Source: Patescibacteria group bacterium (GTDB taxonomy: Bacteria > Patescibacteriota > JAHJAL01). Taken from it: 46,987 bases of DNA. The DNA lies in the NCBI GenBank assembly GCA_049322675.1, contig JBMORM010000022.1, positions 1 to 46,987 of the forward strand, given 5' to 3'. Positions 1-10,218 of this stretch are shown here, piece by piece. The position numbers were made by a program, and so were the translations under genes. Position 1 is the first letter of the stretch. Each line of letters starts with the position of its first letter. Under the pieces are notes generated by a model. That model made no database searches, was not told the DNA's origin, and saw only the letters and a list, made by a program, of their open reading frames with translations.

Positions 1-23
1 GTTTAAAGAAGGGGAGGGCAAAC

Positions 24-1526
24 ATGAAACTAAATGTTTTTACGGAGAGTTTGGAAGAATTGAAGGCGGATGTGGTGGTGTTTTTGGTGGAAAAAGGGAG
101 AGTGGCGGTGCGAGGAATGATGGCGGAAATAAATAAAGCGGTGGATGGTCAGATTGCGGCAATGTTGGAGAGTGGTGAATTTTCGGCTGGGCAGGATCAG
201 TTTTTATATTTTTTTACTTTTGGAAAATCCAAGGTGCCGCGGGTGGCGTTGGCGGGTTATGATTTGGAAGACAACAAGCATCTCAATCCGATTCGTTCAA
301 GTGCGGCGGTAGTGGTAAAAAGTTTGCGGGAAGCGGGTTTGAAGAGGGTGGCTTTGGTAGTGCCGACGGTGCGGGAATGGACAGTCGGTGATGCGGCTAG
401 GTCAATGGTGGAAGGGGCATTGATGGGTTTGTATCGGTTTGATAAATATTTGGAAAATAAAGCGACGAAAAATTTGGTGGAAGTGATTTTGGTCGGTGAA
501 GCCAAAGATCGACGGATGTTGGAAAAAGCGGTTTTGTTGGGCGAGATGGAAGCAAGTGGCGTGTTGTTGGCGCGAGATGTGGCCAATGAACCGAGTAATG
601 TTTTGACGCCGGCCAATTTTGCCAATATTGCTCGCAAGGTGACCAGCAAGGCCAAAATAAATTGTAAGATTTTGGACGAGGCAGATATTTTGCGGGAGGG
701 ATTGGGTCTGATTCATGCGGTGGCAAAGGGCAGTGAAGAGCCGCCGAAATTGGTTTTGCTAAGCTACAATGCCGGCCGGAAATATCCGACGATAGGTTTG
801 GTAGGAAAAGGGATGACTTATGATGCCGGAGGGATAAATCTGAAAGTTGGTGACGCGGGTGGAATGTGGTTGGTGGATATGAAACGGGATATGGCGGGGG
901 CGGCGGCAGTGCTGGGAGCAATGAATATAATCGGTCAATTGCAGCCAAAGATAAATGTGGTGGCGGCGATGCCGGTATTGGAAAATATGCCGAGTGGGCG
1001 AGCTTATAAACCAAGTGATATTTTGGTGTCTTATAGCGGCAAGACGGTGGAGATATTTAATACAGATGCGGAAGGGCGATTGGCGATGGCGGATGCGATG
1101 AGTTATTTGCAGGAAAATTATCGTATTGATTATTTGGTGGACATCGCTACTCTTACCGGTTCGATAGTGCGGGAGGCGGGTCCGGCTTTGATTGGTTTGT
1201 TTGGCAATGATGAAAGATTATTGGAAAGAATGCGTCAGGCGGGGTTGATTGCCGGGGAAGAAACGATGGATTGGCCCTTGTATCCAGCTTATAAAAAAAG
1301 GATTAAATCTCATTTTGCTGATTTGAAAAATATTAGTTTCAAGGGTCCAAGTGCGATTACCAGTGGTTTGTTTTTGCAGGAATTTATTCGGGAAGGGGTG
1401 AAGTGGGCGCATTTGGATATCGCGGCGGTGGCAACACAGTTTGGGGAAGGGACATACAAGACTCGCGGCGCAACCGGGGCAGGGGTACGACTTTTGACCC
1501 ATCTGATTTTGGGGATGGGGAAGTAG
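24..1526 (+). CDS. pepA: Cytosol leucyl aminopeptidase (M17 family)
   Basis: 500 aa. Carries the M17 signatures GKGMTYDAGG, MKRDMAGAA, NTDAEGRL, DIATLTG and WAHLDIA. A purine-rich RBS lies upstream. Confidence 0.95.
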   Translation: MKLNVFTESLEELKADVVVFLVEKGRVAVRGMMAEINKAVDGQIAAMLESGEFSAGQDQFLYFFTFGKSKVPRVALAGYDLEDNKHLNPIRSSAAVVVKSLREAGLKRVALVVPTVREWTVGDAARSMVEGALMGLYRFDKYLENKATKNLVEVILVGEAKDRRMLEKAVLLGEMEASGVLLARDVANEPSNVLTPANFANIARKVTSKAKINCKILDEADILREGLGLIHAVAKGSEEPPKLVLLSYNAGRKYPTIGLVGKGMTYDAGGINLKVGDAGGMWLVDMKRDMAGAAAVLGAMNIIGQLQPKINVVAAMPVLENMPSGRAYKPSDILVSYSGKTVEIFNTDAEGRLAMADAMSYLQENYRIDYLVDIATLTGSIVREAGPALIGLFGNDERLLERMRQAGLIAGEETMDWPLYPAYKKRIKSHFADLKNISFKGPSAITSGLFLQEFIREGVKWAHLDIAAVATQFGEGTYKTRGATGAGVRLLTHLILGMGK

Positions 1527-1628
1527 AATAAAATTAATTTGGAAAAATATGACCCGAAAAAAATTTCAACGGGTTTCAAAAATTGGGTTAGTTTGGTGAA
1601 CTATTTTTATTAAAGAGAGGGGTGAGGT

Positions 1629-4600
1629 ATGAGGGTTAAAGAAGTTTGTTTGGTTATGCTTGCATTGTTGATTGGTCTGATAGGTTTGGTTTTTGTTCCT
1701 GGGGCTAGTTTGGCGACAACTGATGATGTAGCGGTTGCTTCCGAACAGTTGTATGTTACCAATGTGATGGTGGGACAAAATGATGGTCGTGATTTGGTGG
1801 TTAATTTTGATTTAATTAATGAAACAGATTTTATTCAACCCGATTTGAGATATGCGGTGATTTTGGGCCAAGAATATCAAGATGGTTTGGTCAAGATAAT
1901 TGATTGGAAAAAAGCCGATGATGTGGTGACGGTTGGAGCGCAGGAAAAATTGAATAAGACAATTGAATATATAGCACCCGATCATCTGACGGGTGATTAT
2001 TTGGTGGGGATAGAAGTAGCCAATTCTTCCGGTCATATTTTTGGTTTGGTTTATGGTAAAAAGGTGAGTTTTTCTAAAGAGAGTGCTTTGATAAAGCTGG
2101 AAAATTGTTTGTGGCAAATAGGGGATGTATCTGGGGTAAATAATGAATATACCAGCGAACAAAGAGTATTAATTGATCAGGATGACATTTTGTATGTGTC
2201 GTGTGAAGTGGTCAATGATGGTGAACAGACTTTGACTATGAATCCGGTTTTTTCTTGGCATTGGCGGCAGATGCTTGGGGATGAGATGAAAATAGATTCT
2301 TTGGTTGGAGAGCAATTGAATATTGTACCGGGTAAAAATAATATTATTGTGAAAACGCCAAAACCGATTGATTGGAAACCGCAAGCTTATGATATGGTTC
2401 TATATTTGACCGGTGGCAATGGTTTGGTAAAAACTAATCAGCAGGCTCTGTTGGCAGTGGTTGGTGGTTTGTCGGCGACTATCGACAATGTTCGTTTGAA
2501 TAAAAATAATTATACTAAAGGGGAAATGGCACAGGTGGAGGTGAGTTGGCTACCTCCGGCTGACAATTTTTTTGGTCCAGAACAATCGGGAAGTGTTTTA
2601 GATCATTATAGTGTGGTGGTTGATTTGTGGAATAGAGAGAGAAATATGTGTGGTAACGAGGTTGTCAAAGAATATGAAAATTTTGAGAAAAATAAAGAAA
2701 TTTTTTCTATTTTGGTAGATAAAGAATGTCTTGCTCCGCGGGTAGTGGTATCTTTAAAAGATAAAGAAGGAAATGTTTTTGATAAAAAAGATTATCAAAT
2801 ATTTTCGGGTAAGCGGGAGGAAAAATTGACGGGTGAAAATGATAAAACTATTCCAATGGTTTCTAGTCAGGAAAAAAACTCGTCAATTGGTTGGTATTTG
2901 TTGGGTTTGGTGGTGGTTATGATTTTGGTTTTGTTGTTTTGTTTTTGGAAACATAGAGGTAATAAAATAGTTGGTTTATTGATTGTGTTCTTTGGGGGTT
3001 TGTCGGTGATGATGTCGATAGGGAGTGTTGAAGCAGCGAGTTGGTATTGGAATGGAACTTCTTTTGGTAATGTGGTTGGTTGTCCGATGGATGGGATAAA
3101 TCAGACTACTGTCAATGTGAGTACTGATTATAATAGTTATCGAGCGGGTGTGGGGAATATTGTAGTTACTGTAAATGTGTGGACTTATTCGAACAGTGGT
3201 TTTCATGTTGTTTTGACTAATGACAATGGACAAGAGGTGTGGACTGGTCCATTCAATAGATATAATGCTTATGGAGGAACTACTCGTGTGATTTATATGT
3301 CTGTGCCGGTGAATGCGGGTGGTCATGGTTTGACTGTTAGAGTTAGTCATACTTGTGCTCGAAATAATCAGGGTACGTTGTATTATACGGTGACACCGGC
3401 AGATTCTTTTTCACCTTATATATCAAATATTAGTCCGGCTAATGGAGGTTTTAGTTGTTCAAATCAGATTGATTTGAGTGGAAATATTTTTGATCAGGAT
3501 GGGGGGTGTGGTTTGTCGGCGAGATTTGGTAATGATCCTATGGTAAATGGTTTTTCGCGTGGAGGTCTATGTAATGGTTCTTGGTTTGATTCTGGTACTA
3601 GGGCTTATAGTGCAGGTTATCATGTGTGGACGATTCAAGGTTTTGATTCATATAACCATTCTAGTCCTGTTTATTGGCAGGGATTTACAGTTAATTCTGC
3701 CCCTAACGGCATTAGTCAAAATTCGCCATATAATGGACAGCGATTTGATTCTTATGGAGGTAGTTATTGGGTAAATTTTAATTTATCGGCTTCAGATCCA
3801 GATAATAATGTTAATCATATGGCGGTTTATGTTCGGAATACAAATACTGGACAACAGTATGTTCCGGCATGCGAGTTTTGGTCGGCAAGTGGTAGTTGTG
3901 GTATAAATTTACCGCCTGGCAATTATGGTTGGTCAGCTTGTGCTTGGGATACTCCATGTAATGCGGCATATTGTAATTGGAGTTGGCGGCCTTTCCGTGT
4001 CAACGATATTCCCACCATGACGATTACTAATCTATCTCAGCAAAGCACTACTGTTCCGGGATGCGGAAGATACAACTGGACGGTTTATGCAAATGATAGT
4101 GACAATATTTCTTGGGATTTGAATGATAATGGTAGTGCCCGCATGACTCCTATTCGCACTTCTTTGGCTAAAGGTTATACGAGTGGTTGGAGGGATATTG
4201 GTTATGGTAATAAATGGGTTAATTTGTCCGGTGTGATACGTGACCCGTATGTAAGTGTAGGCGCAACAAATGCTCCATCGATACAACTTAATTGCGAACC
4301 AAATCAGCCTACACAACCGACGGGATCGATTGGTGTATGCAATTCTTCGACTTTAACAAATCCAGTTACTGTTTCTTCAAATGTTAGTGATCCGGATGGT
4401 AATGTAAATGTTACTTTGAGTATTGCCGGTAACTATGGTAACGGAGCTCCGTTTACGATGTCGCAATCGTTAGGTTTAAGATCAGGACTTATTTCGAATA
4501 CATTTAATATTCCATTTGATTCAACCGTGACACAGATTATTGTCTCTGCAACTGATCCGGTTGGTGGTTGGACAAAATCAAGTTCGAGCAATGTCTGGCT

Positions 4601-5927
4601 TTCTGCAAATAAATCGCCAAATTCTAAAGTCTCTGATTGGATTACGTATCCTGCTGGTACGACGAATAAATATGTTGCGAATTCAAATCCAAGATTTGTA
4701 ATGGGCGATATGGCTACCAGATTGCAACCGATAACGGTTGATGATCGCAGCTTTGATCCTGATGGTGATAATCAAAACGTGCAAGCGACTTTCTGGTTGG
4801 AAATATATAATGCCGGAACAGGATCTTGGCAATCTCTCGGTTCTTCTGCCTTGAGACCACCAACTAATATTGTCGGGGGGATGTATTATCATGATGTTCC
4901 ATTCAACAACCTCTACGCCGGTCAACACCGTTATCGAGCGCAAGATCGGGATGCTTGTGGGGCAGTGTCACCGGTTAGTTCATATTACAATTTTACAATT
5001 GCGCCACCGGCGGTTAAAAATATTAAAGATACTACAGGAGATAGTGGTTGTCCGACTTGTGGGTTGCGTAGAACCAAAATAAATATTGATTGGGATGATG
5101 TGCCATATATCTTAAGTGCGCAATCAAGTAATATTAATGGTGGTTATTATGTTCAGTGGCGTAATGATGGTGGGACAGATGAAGTGGGATGGAAAAATGT
5201 AACAAAACCAAGTAGTCTTGATCCTGATTTAGGAAGTGGATATGTTAGAGGAAGTGCGATTATTTTGGAAACTGATGTTTTGGATCTGTATGATTTATCC
5301 ACTTCAACTCCACGTGATATTCGTTATCGAGTTCGTTCATATTCAAATGGAGTGAATTCAGATTGGTTAGTTTATCCGTCTCTTGGTCAACCAGCAATAA
5401 CTTACAACTGTCCGATTCCGGGAGGATTGTTGATATTTCCGCCAAATAGTAATAATCCAGAAGTGCCACTAGAAATTAGGGCGGATGAGGATTCTCAGTT
5501 ATTGACAGCAAAATTGAGATGCCAGTTGTTTGAAACTAAAGAATGGTCTGATGCTTATGGCGATGATTTAATTAGTGCGGCTCGTTCCAATCGAGTATAT
5601 ACACCTGAAACTAGCCCAATTACTTTTACTTGGGATGCGTTAGTGGAATTTGATGGTTGTAGTTCGGGCAGTGGTTTTAGAGGTACTCCTCCTAATCCAG
5701 GCAATATATTTCATGCTGGCACTAGTACGGTTATGGATGGTTGTGAAGGTAAGATTAGTGCTACTGTGAGAAATTTTGGTTGGTCGGATGTTAATATAAA
5801 TAGTTTGACTGGTTATCGCAAGGTTGTGATTGATCCGCGAGCGACGGAAGAATTCAATTATTCCGGTGAAGTGATCTCCAATCCACCACCGGGTTTTGAG
5901 AAATTGGATTTGCCCGGGGTGCAGTAG
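1629..5927 (+). CDS. Large membrane-anchored surface protein with Ig-like/FN3-like repeats
   Basis: 1432 aa with an N-terminal signal sequence and two hydrophobic segments at ~aa 420-470. The long S/N/G/T/W/C-rich region has recurring (S)DPD(G/N)N motifs and an FN3-like WDD..YYVQW..YRVRS segment. RBS GAGG upstream. Confidence 0.75.
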   Translation: MRVKEVCLVMLALLIGLIGLVFVPGASLATTDDVAVASEQLYVTNVMVGQNDGRDLVVNFDLINETDFIQPDLRYAVILGQEYQDGLVKIIDWKKADDVVTVGAQEKLNKTIEYIAPDHLTGDYLVGIEVANSSGHIFGLVYGKKVSFSKESALIKLENCLWQIGDVSGVNNEYTSEQRVLIDQDDILYVSCEVVNDGEQTLTMNPVFSWHWRQMLGDEMKIDSLVGEQLNIVPGKNNIIVKTPKPIDWKPQAYDMVLYLTGGNGLVKTNQQALLAVVGGLSATIDNVRLNKNNYTKGEMAQVEVSWLPPADNFFGPEQSGSVLDHYSVVVDLWNRERNMCGNEVVKEYENFEKNKEIFSILVDKECLAPRVVVSLKDKEGNVFDKKDYQIFSGKREEKLTGENDKTIPMVSSQEKNSSIGWYLLGLVVVMILVLLFCFWKHRGNKIVGLLIVFFGGLSVMMSIGSVEAASWYWNGTSFGNVVGCPMDGINQTTVNVSTDYNSYRAGVGNIVVTVNVWTYSNSGFHVVLTNDNGQEVWTGPFNRYNAYGGTTRVIYMSVPVNAGGHGLTVRVSHTCARNNQGTLYYTVTPADSFSPYISNISPANGGFSCSNQIDLSGNIFDQDGGCGLSARFGNDPMVNGFSRGGLCNGSWFDSGTRAYSAGYHVWTIQGFDSYNHSSPVYWQGFTVNSAPNGISQNSPYNGQRFDSYGGSYWVNFNLSASDPDNNVNHMAVYVRNTNTGQQYVPACEFWSASGSCGINLPPGNYGWSACAWDTPCNAAYCNWSWRPFRVNDIPTMTITNLSQQSTTVPGCGRYNWTVYANDSDNISWDLNDNGSARMTPIRTSLAKGYTSGWRDIGYGNKWVNLSGVIRDPYVSVGATNAPSIQLNCEPNQPTQPTGSIGVCNSSTLTNPVTVSSNVSDPDGNVNVTLSIAGNYGNGAPFTMSQSLGLRSGLISNTFNIPFDSTVTQIIVSATDPVGGWTKSSSSNVWLSANKSPNSKVSDWITYPAGTTNKYVANSNPRFVMGDMATRLQPITVDDRSFDPDGDNQNVQATFWLEIYNAGTGSWQSLGSSALRPPTNIVGGMYYHDVPFNNLYAGQHRYRAQDRDACGAVSPVSSYYNFTIAPPAVKNIKDTTGDSGCPTCGLRRTKINIDWDDVPYILSAQSSNINGGYYVQWRNDGGTDEVGWKNVTKPSSLDPDLGSGYVRGSAIILETDVLDLYDLSTSTPRDIRYRVRSYSNGVNSDWLVYPSLGQPAITYNCPIPGGLLIFPPNSNNPEVPLEIRADEDSQLLTAKLRCQLFETKEWSDAYGDDLISAARSNRVYTPETSPITFTWDALVEFDGCSSGSGFRGTPPNPGNIFHAGTSTVMDGCEGKISATVRNFGWSDVNINSLTGYRKVVIDPRATEEFNYSGEVISNPPPGFEKLDLPGVQ

Positions 5928-5953
5928 GGGAGGATAATATCTTTTGAAATGTG

Positions 5954-5989
5954 TATCGCTGGGGCGGTTCATGAACCGCCCCAGCGATA
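5954..5989. terminator. Perfect 36-bp palindrome with REP-like core, probable bidirectional terminator
   Basis: TATCGCTGGGGCGGTTCA|TGAACCGCCCCAGCGATA lies between the convergent genes ending at 5927 and 6011. Confidence 0.75.
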
Positions 5990-6010
5990 TTTTAATATGA
6001 AATTGAAAAA

Positions 6011-7348
6011 TTATATTTGGATAATTTCTTTAATCAATTCTTCAGTGATTCTTCGTTCGTTCCAGGGGATGGTGTGGTCGGGGTAGATCATTTTGGTTTC
6101 GGCGCCTTTGCCGGTGATGACGACAGAGTCATTTTTTTTGGCGAGGGTGAGAGCTTTGTGAATTGCTTCTTTTCGATTGATGATTATAAAGTAGTCTTTA
6201 TTTAATTTTTTGCCAGTTTTTTCTAAACCGGGAATTATTTCGTTGATGATGCTTTGGGGATCTTCGGTCCAGGAGTCTTCGTGGGTTAATACCACGATAT
6301 CGGCGTGATTGGAAATTATTTCTCCCATGATGGGACGTTTGCCGCGATCGCGATCGCCGGTAGCGCCGAAAACGGCGATAATCCGGCCGGGGGTAATCGG
6401 TTTTATAGTGTCTTTGTATAATTTTTCCAGAGAATCTGGAGTGAGAGCGTAGTCGATATAAACTTGAAAATTCTGACCAAGGTCGATTTTTTCCATTCGT
6501 CCCGGGATCAAATCAATCTTGGCTAAAGCGTTTCTGATGGTTGTCAATTTTATTTTTAGTGAACGGGCAACGCAAGTTGCCAAAAGAGCATTTTGTATAT
6601 TGAATTTTCCGGGAAGTTTGAGGGAAATTTTTTTGTGGTATTTGGGGGTGTGAATGATAAAAGTTGAACCTTCTGGTGTCAGACTAATATCGCTGGCTGA
6701 GATGAAAGTGGCTGATGGGTATTTGACCAATTTGATGGCCGATTGTCGGCTGAGAGAAAAAGCGTATTTGCGATCGGCTTTGTTTTTGATGAATTTTCGC
6801 CAACTTGAATCTTGGAGGTTAACGATGAGGGTTTTTCTGTTTTTGTTTTTTAGTTTACCTTTGGCCAGTTTTTTAAAAAGTAATTCTTTGGCGTCGCTGT
6901 ATTCTTCCATGGTGTGGTGAAAGTCCAGATGTTCGCGGGTAATATTGGTGATACCGACGATGTCGTAGTTTATTCCCCAGACACGATGTTGGACTAAAGC
7001 GTGAGAAGATGTTTCCAGGATGGCAAAACGACATTTGGCTTTGACCATGCGCGCGAGCAGGGATTGGGTTTCCCAGGAGCTTAAGGTAGTCATTTTGGTT
7101 TCATTGACCCACTTTTTGCGGCCGATTTGGAAATTGATAGTTGTCGCCAGTCCGACTTTGTATCCTTCTTCTTCCAGTATTTTGGCGATCAGATTGCAGG
7201 TGGTCGTCTTGCCATTGGTGCCGGTAATGCCGATGACTTTCAATTTGTTACCGGGAAAACCAAAATAATAAGCGGCAAAAACGGCTTTGATCCAGTGATA
7301 GAAGTTGATAAAATTTTTGGGAAATAGTTTTTTTATTGAGTTGAACAT
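6011..7348 (-). CDS. murE: UDP-N-acetylmuramyl-tripeptide synthetase (MurE-family Mur ligase)
   Basis: 445 aa with GITGTNGKTTT P-loop, ETSSHAL, TNITREHLDFH, PGRME, DYALTPD and FGATGDRDRGKRPIMG. Confidence 0.9.
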   Translation of the reverse strand: MFNSIKKLFPKNFINFYHWIKAVFAAYYFGFPGNKLKVIGITGTNGKTTTCNLIAKILEEEGYKVGLATTINFQIGRKKWVNETKMTTLSSWETQSLLARMVKAKCRFAILETSSHALVQHRVWGINYDIVGITNITREHLDFHHTMEEYSDAKELLFKKLAKGKLKNKNRKTLIVNLQDSSWRKFIKNKADRKYAFSLSRQSAIKLVKYPSATFISASDISLTPEGSTFIIHTPKYHKKISLKLPGKFNIQNALLATCVARSLKIKLTTIRNALAKIDLIPGRMEKIDLGQNFQVYIDYALTPDSLEKLYKDTIKPITPGRIIAVFGATGDRDRGKRPIMGEIISNHADIVVLTHEDSWTEDPQSIINEIIPGLEKTGKKLNKDYFIIINRKEAIHKALTLAKKNDSVVITGKGAETKMIYPDHTIPWNERRITEELIKEIIQI

Positions 7349-7355
7349 GGGGAAG

Positions 7356-7433
7356 AATTTTCAATTTTCAAACACAATATTCTGATATCTTTACAAAAAT
7401 TGTTTGAAAATTAAAAATTGAAAATTATAAATT
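7356..7433. repeat. Degenerate heptamer hairpin element (AATTTTC)n...(GAAAATT)n
   Basis: aattttcaattttcaaaca ... tgtttgaaaattaaaaattgaaaatt, just upstream of the murE start. Confidence 0.7.
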
Positions 7434-7449
7434 GATTGAGGCCACCCCT

Positions 7450-7479
7450 AGTATATGGGGAGGGGTGGAGGGTTGTAAA
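7450..7479 (-). promoter_or_regulatory. Putative sigma70 promoter for murE
   Basis: Minus strand TTTACA-18 nt-TATACT, ~100 nt upstream of the ATG. Confidence 0.45.
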
Positions 7480-7494
7480 TAAGATATTGGGGGG

Positions 7495-7875
7495 GATTCA
7501 GACAATACTGAGAAAATTATATTTTTTTAAACTCGATCAAAGGTTAGGATCAATTATGCTTGATCTTCGGGACAGGTAAAAAAATATAATTTTCTCAGTA
7601 TTGTCTGAATCAAAGTGGGGAGGAGAGAATGGTGTTTTTTAAACTCGATCAAAGGTTAGGACCAATTATGTTTGATCTTCGGGACAGGTAAAAAAATATA
7701 ATTTTCTCAGTATTGTCTGAATGGAAGATGAGGAAAAGAAAAAGGTGTTTTTTTAAACTCGGTCAAAGGTTAGGACTAATAATACTTGATCTTCGGGACA
7801 GGTAAAAAAATATAATTTTCTCAGTATTGTCTGAATGGAAGATGAGGAAAAGAAAAGGTGTTTTTTAAAATTTGA
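7495..7875. repeat. Three tandem ~113-bp repeats; the first is enclosed in a perfect 35-bp inverted repeat
   Basis: Units start with aaactcg(a/g)tcaaaggttagga at 7529, 7641 and 7755, with a degenerate start at 7867. 7495-7529 is the exact reverse complement of 7577-7611. Confidence 0.9.
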
Positions 7876-7925
7876 TCAATACTTTAAACTTGATAACTTG
7901 ACAACTTTCGACTATTTGAAATGGG

Positions 7926-8933
7926 TTATCTTTGGATAAATTTGGCGAAGCGGTAGGCGAGGTGCCAGAAAGGGCTGATGCATTTTTCCAGGTGACCGAC
8001 GGTGGAGACGTTGGTGCCGCCAAATCCTTCTTTGAATTTGGTAATTCCTTGCCAGGGGTGACTGGTTGGGGCGCTGGTTGGTGCTATACCGCCGAAGTCG
8101 TAGAAGCGACAGTTGTTTTTGATGGCGTCTCGGATAGCTCGCCATTGGAGAGCATAGGTAGGCATTAGATTTCGGTATTTGTTGCTGGAGGCACCGTGAA
8201 GGTAAGTGGCAACTTTGCCAAAGAAGGTTACGATAATACTGGCGATCACTTTTTTTTCGTGATAAGCGTTGTAGATAAATACATTTTCTGATGGGCCGAG
8301 GGTTTTGAGGATGTTTTCGTAGTGGGAAAAGGGATGAGGACGAAAATTATCTCGATCGCAAGTTTTTAGAAGTAGTTCGTAAAAAATTTTCATTTGGGCG
8401 AGGGAGTTGCTTTTTTCGACTCGTACGCATTTTTTATCTGCCAGACGAATATTGTATCTGGTTTTTTGTTTCATTTGTTTGAATATCGCCTCTTCCGATT
8501 GAAGGAGGTGTAGTATTTGAGTGTCTTTGGGTTGAGTAAATTGTTGAGTGGGTATAAACCCAAGTTGATTGAGGGCAAGGACAAAATTGTGACAATCTTG
8601 GTAAAATGGTTCAAAACGGATAAAAATCGTGTTGCTTAAGTCAACGAATTTTTTGATTTCGCCAAATAGTTCTGAAGCGACGGCGGAAATTTCGGTGGGG
8701 GCGAGATCTTTTTTGACAACCGGACCGTATGGACAATAAAGGTAGTTTTTGCCTGCAGCTAGGGGGTGTTTGATCAGGAGAGCGGAAGAAGTAATCTGAT
8801 TGTTTTTTATAGTATAAATAATATAAGAGTGTTTGCCGTCGGCCTTTTCGATGTCTAACCACCAACCGGTTTGAGTAATTGCGCGGGGATTGTTGTCGGC
8901 GATGAATTGGTTGATGGAGTCTTTGCTGATCAT
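7926..8933 (-). CDS. FemABX-family peptidoglycan bridge aminoacyltransferase (lipid II:amino acid ligase)
   Basis: 335 aa with YCPYGPV, FIRFEP, MKQKTRYNIRLA, YLHGASS, LQWRAI..A, YDFGG and FKEGFGG motifs. Confidence 0.9.
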   Translation of the reverse strand: MISKDSINQFIADNNPRAITQTGWWLDIEKADGKHSYIIYTIKNNQITSSALLIKHPLAAGKNYLYCPYGPVVKKDLAPTEISAVASELFGEIKKFVDLSNTIFIRFEPFYQDCHNFVLALNQLGFIPTQQFTQPKDTQILHLLQSEEAIFKQMKQKTRYNIRLADKKCVRVEKSNSLAQMKIFYELLLKTCDRDNFRPHPFSHYENILKTLGPSENVFIYNAYHEKKVIASIIVTFFGKVATYLHGASSNKYRNLMPTYALQWRAIRDAIKNNCRFYDFGGIAPTSAPTSHPWQGITKFKEGFGGTNVSTVGHLEKCISPFWHLAYRFAKFIQR

Positions 8934-9062
8934 ATGGTGGCTTGGGGTTTAATACTCTCTAATACTATTATATGATTAAAGTTGGAAAGTTGGAAAGTTT
9001 AAAGTAAAAAAAGTGGGAGACGATTCTTTTTAAGTATCTCGAATAATGCTGGTAGATAAATT

Positions 9063-10193
9063 ATGAAATTGGTAATAAAAAAGTTTTGGTGGGTGGGAGT
9101 GATAGTTAGTTTGTTATTTGTTGTTGCTTTTTTTATATATCAAAATCGATGGAACTATTATTTATTCGTTGGTACCGTAGTTGATGCTCAAACAAAAAAA
9201 CCGATTGAAAAAGCGCAAGTGGAAGTGGGAAGTTGGAAGGATGGTCAAAACGATATCGTTTACGATAATATTGGTGGAGTTCAAGCTATTGGTGGCGAGA
9301 GTGTGGATTATACTGATAAACAGGGTAATTTTCGAATGTATCCTGTATTTTGGAGTAGAGTAAAAGAAATAAAAGTATATTTATTTGATCAAGAAAAGTA
9401 TTATGATTTTAAGTTGGAACCAAAATTTGACTGGAGCAGATTGGCGATGCGACAGGATTTAGAGATAGATTTAAATAGCGATAGAGTATTGACTGATTGG
9501 AGTAAGTATCAGATGGATTTAGATGAATATGTAGAGGTTAAGAAAGATTTTCCTACGGAAATAATTGATAAAAATGATGACGCAGATGTTGATAATAATC
9601 GATTGGATGTTTCGAAGGAGATGAAGGATTTTATTGCGATGATTGTTCAGGCGGAGAAGGATAAAAATTATGGTATAATATGGGATTTTGCGTATATCGA
9701 TGATAAGAATATCTGGTTAAATAAAGATGATTTTATTTATTACTGGTCCAGAAAAAAAGAGATAGAAGAAGAAGTGATGTGGGATCTTTTTGGATCGAAA
9801 AGTTTGAGATATTGTCCTCAGATGAAGAAAATTAATTCTTGGCAGGATCCAAAAAATGGGATTGTCTATAATAATGTATATGAAGTAATGGTTGGTAATC
9901 ACATTGACGATCGTACTTATGGGAGATGGAATTATTATCAGGTTTTTCATGTTATTGACGTGGGTGGCGAGTATTTTTATTTTATGTCTTTGTCGAGGGA
10001 TAAGGTGGTTGAATTTGTTGATAATTTTGATCCAAATTGGGAAAAAAATTTTGAAGATAATTATTCAAAGTATCTCGAGTATGAATCTGAAGTGCAGCGT
10101 GTTAGCGGTTATTTTGCAAATGGGGCAGGATGGGCAAATATGCGTATGTCGTCAGGCAATAAATATGATGCTTATCCTTATTGTGAAGAGTAA
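9063..10193 (+). CDS. Membrane-anchored hypothetical protein with carboxypeptidase-regulatory-like N-terminal domain
   Basis: 376 aa. An N-terminal TM helix is followed by the pattern GTVVDAQTKKPIEKAQV...TDKQGNF. Confidence 0.65.
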   Translation: MKLVIKKFWWVGVIVSLLFVVAFFIYQNRWNYYLFVGTVVDAQTKKPIEKAQVEVGSWKDGQNDIVYDNIGGVQAIGGESVDYTDKQGNFRMYPVFWSRVKEIKVYLFDQEKYYDFKLEPKFDWSRLAMRQDLEIDLNSDRVLTDWSKYQMDLDEYVEVKKDFPTEIIDKNDDADVDNNRLDVSKEMKDFIAMIVQAEKDKNYGIIWDFAYIDDKNIWLNKDDFIYYWSRKKEIEEEVMWDLFGSKSLRYCPQMKKINSWQDPKNGIVYNNVYEVMVGNHIDDRTYGRWNYYQVFHVIDVGGEYFYFMSLSRDKVVEFVDNFDPNWEKNFEDNYSKYLEYESEVQRVSGYFANGAGWANMRMSSGNKYDAYPYCEE

Positions 10194-10218
10194 TTTATTT
10201 TAGATATGAGTTAGTTTT

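Noticed and set aside
7529-7866. CRISPR array
   Set aside because: The conserved part is ~80 nt and the intervening ~30-nt segments resemble each other (two are almost identical). This is a tandem duplication, and no cas genes are present.
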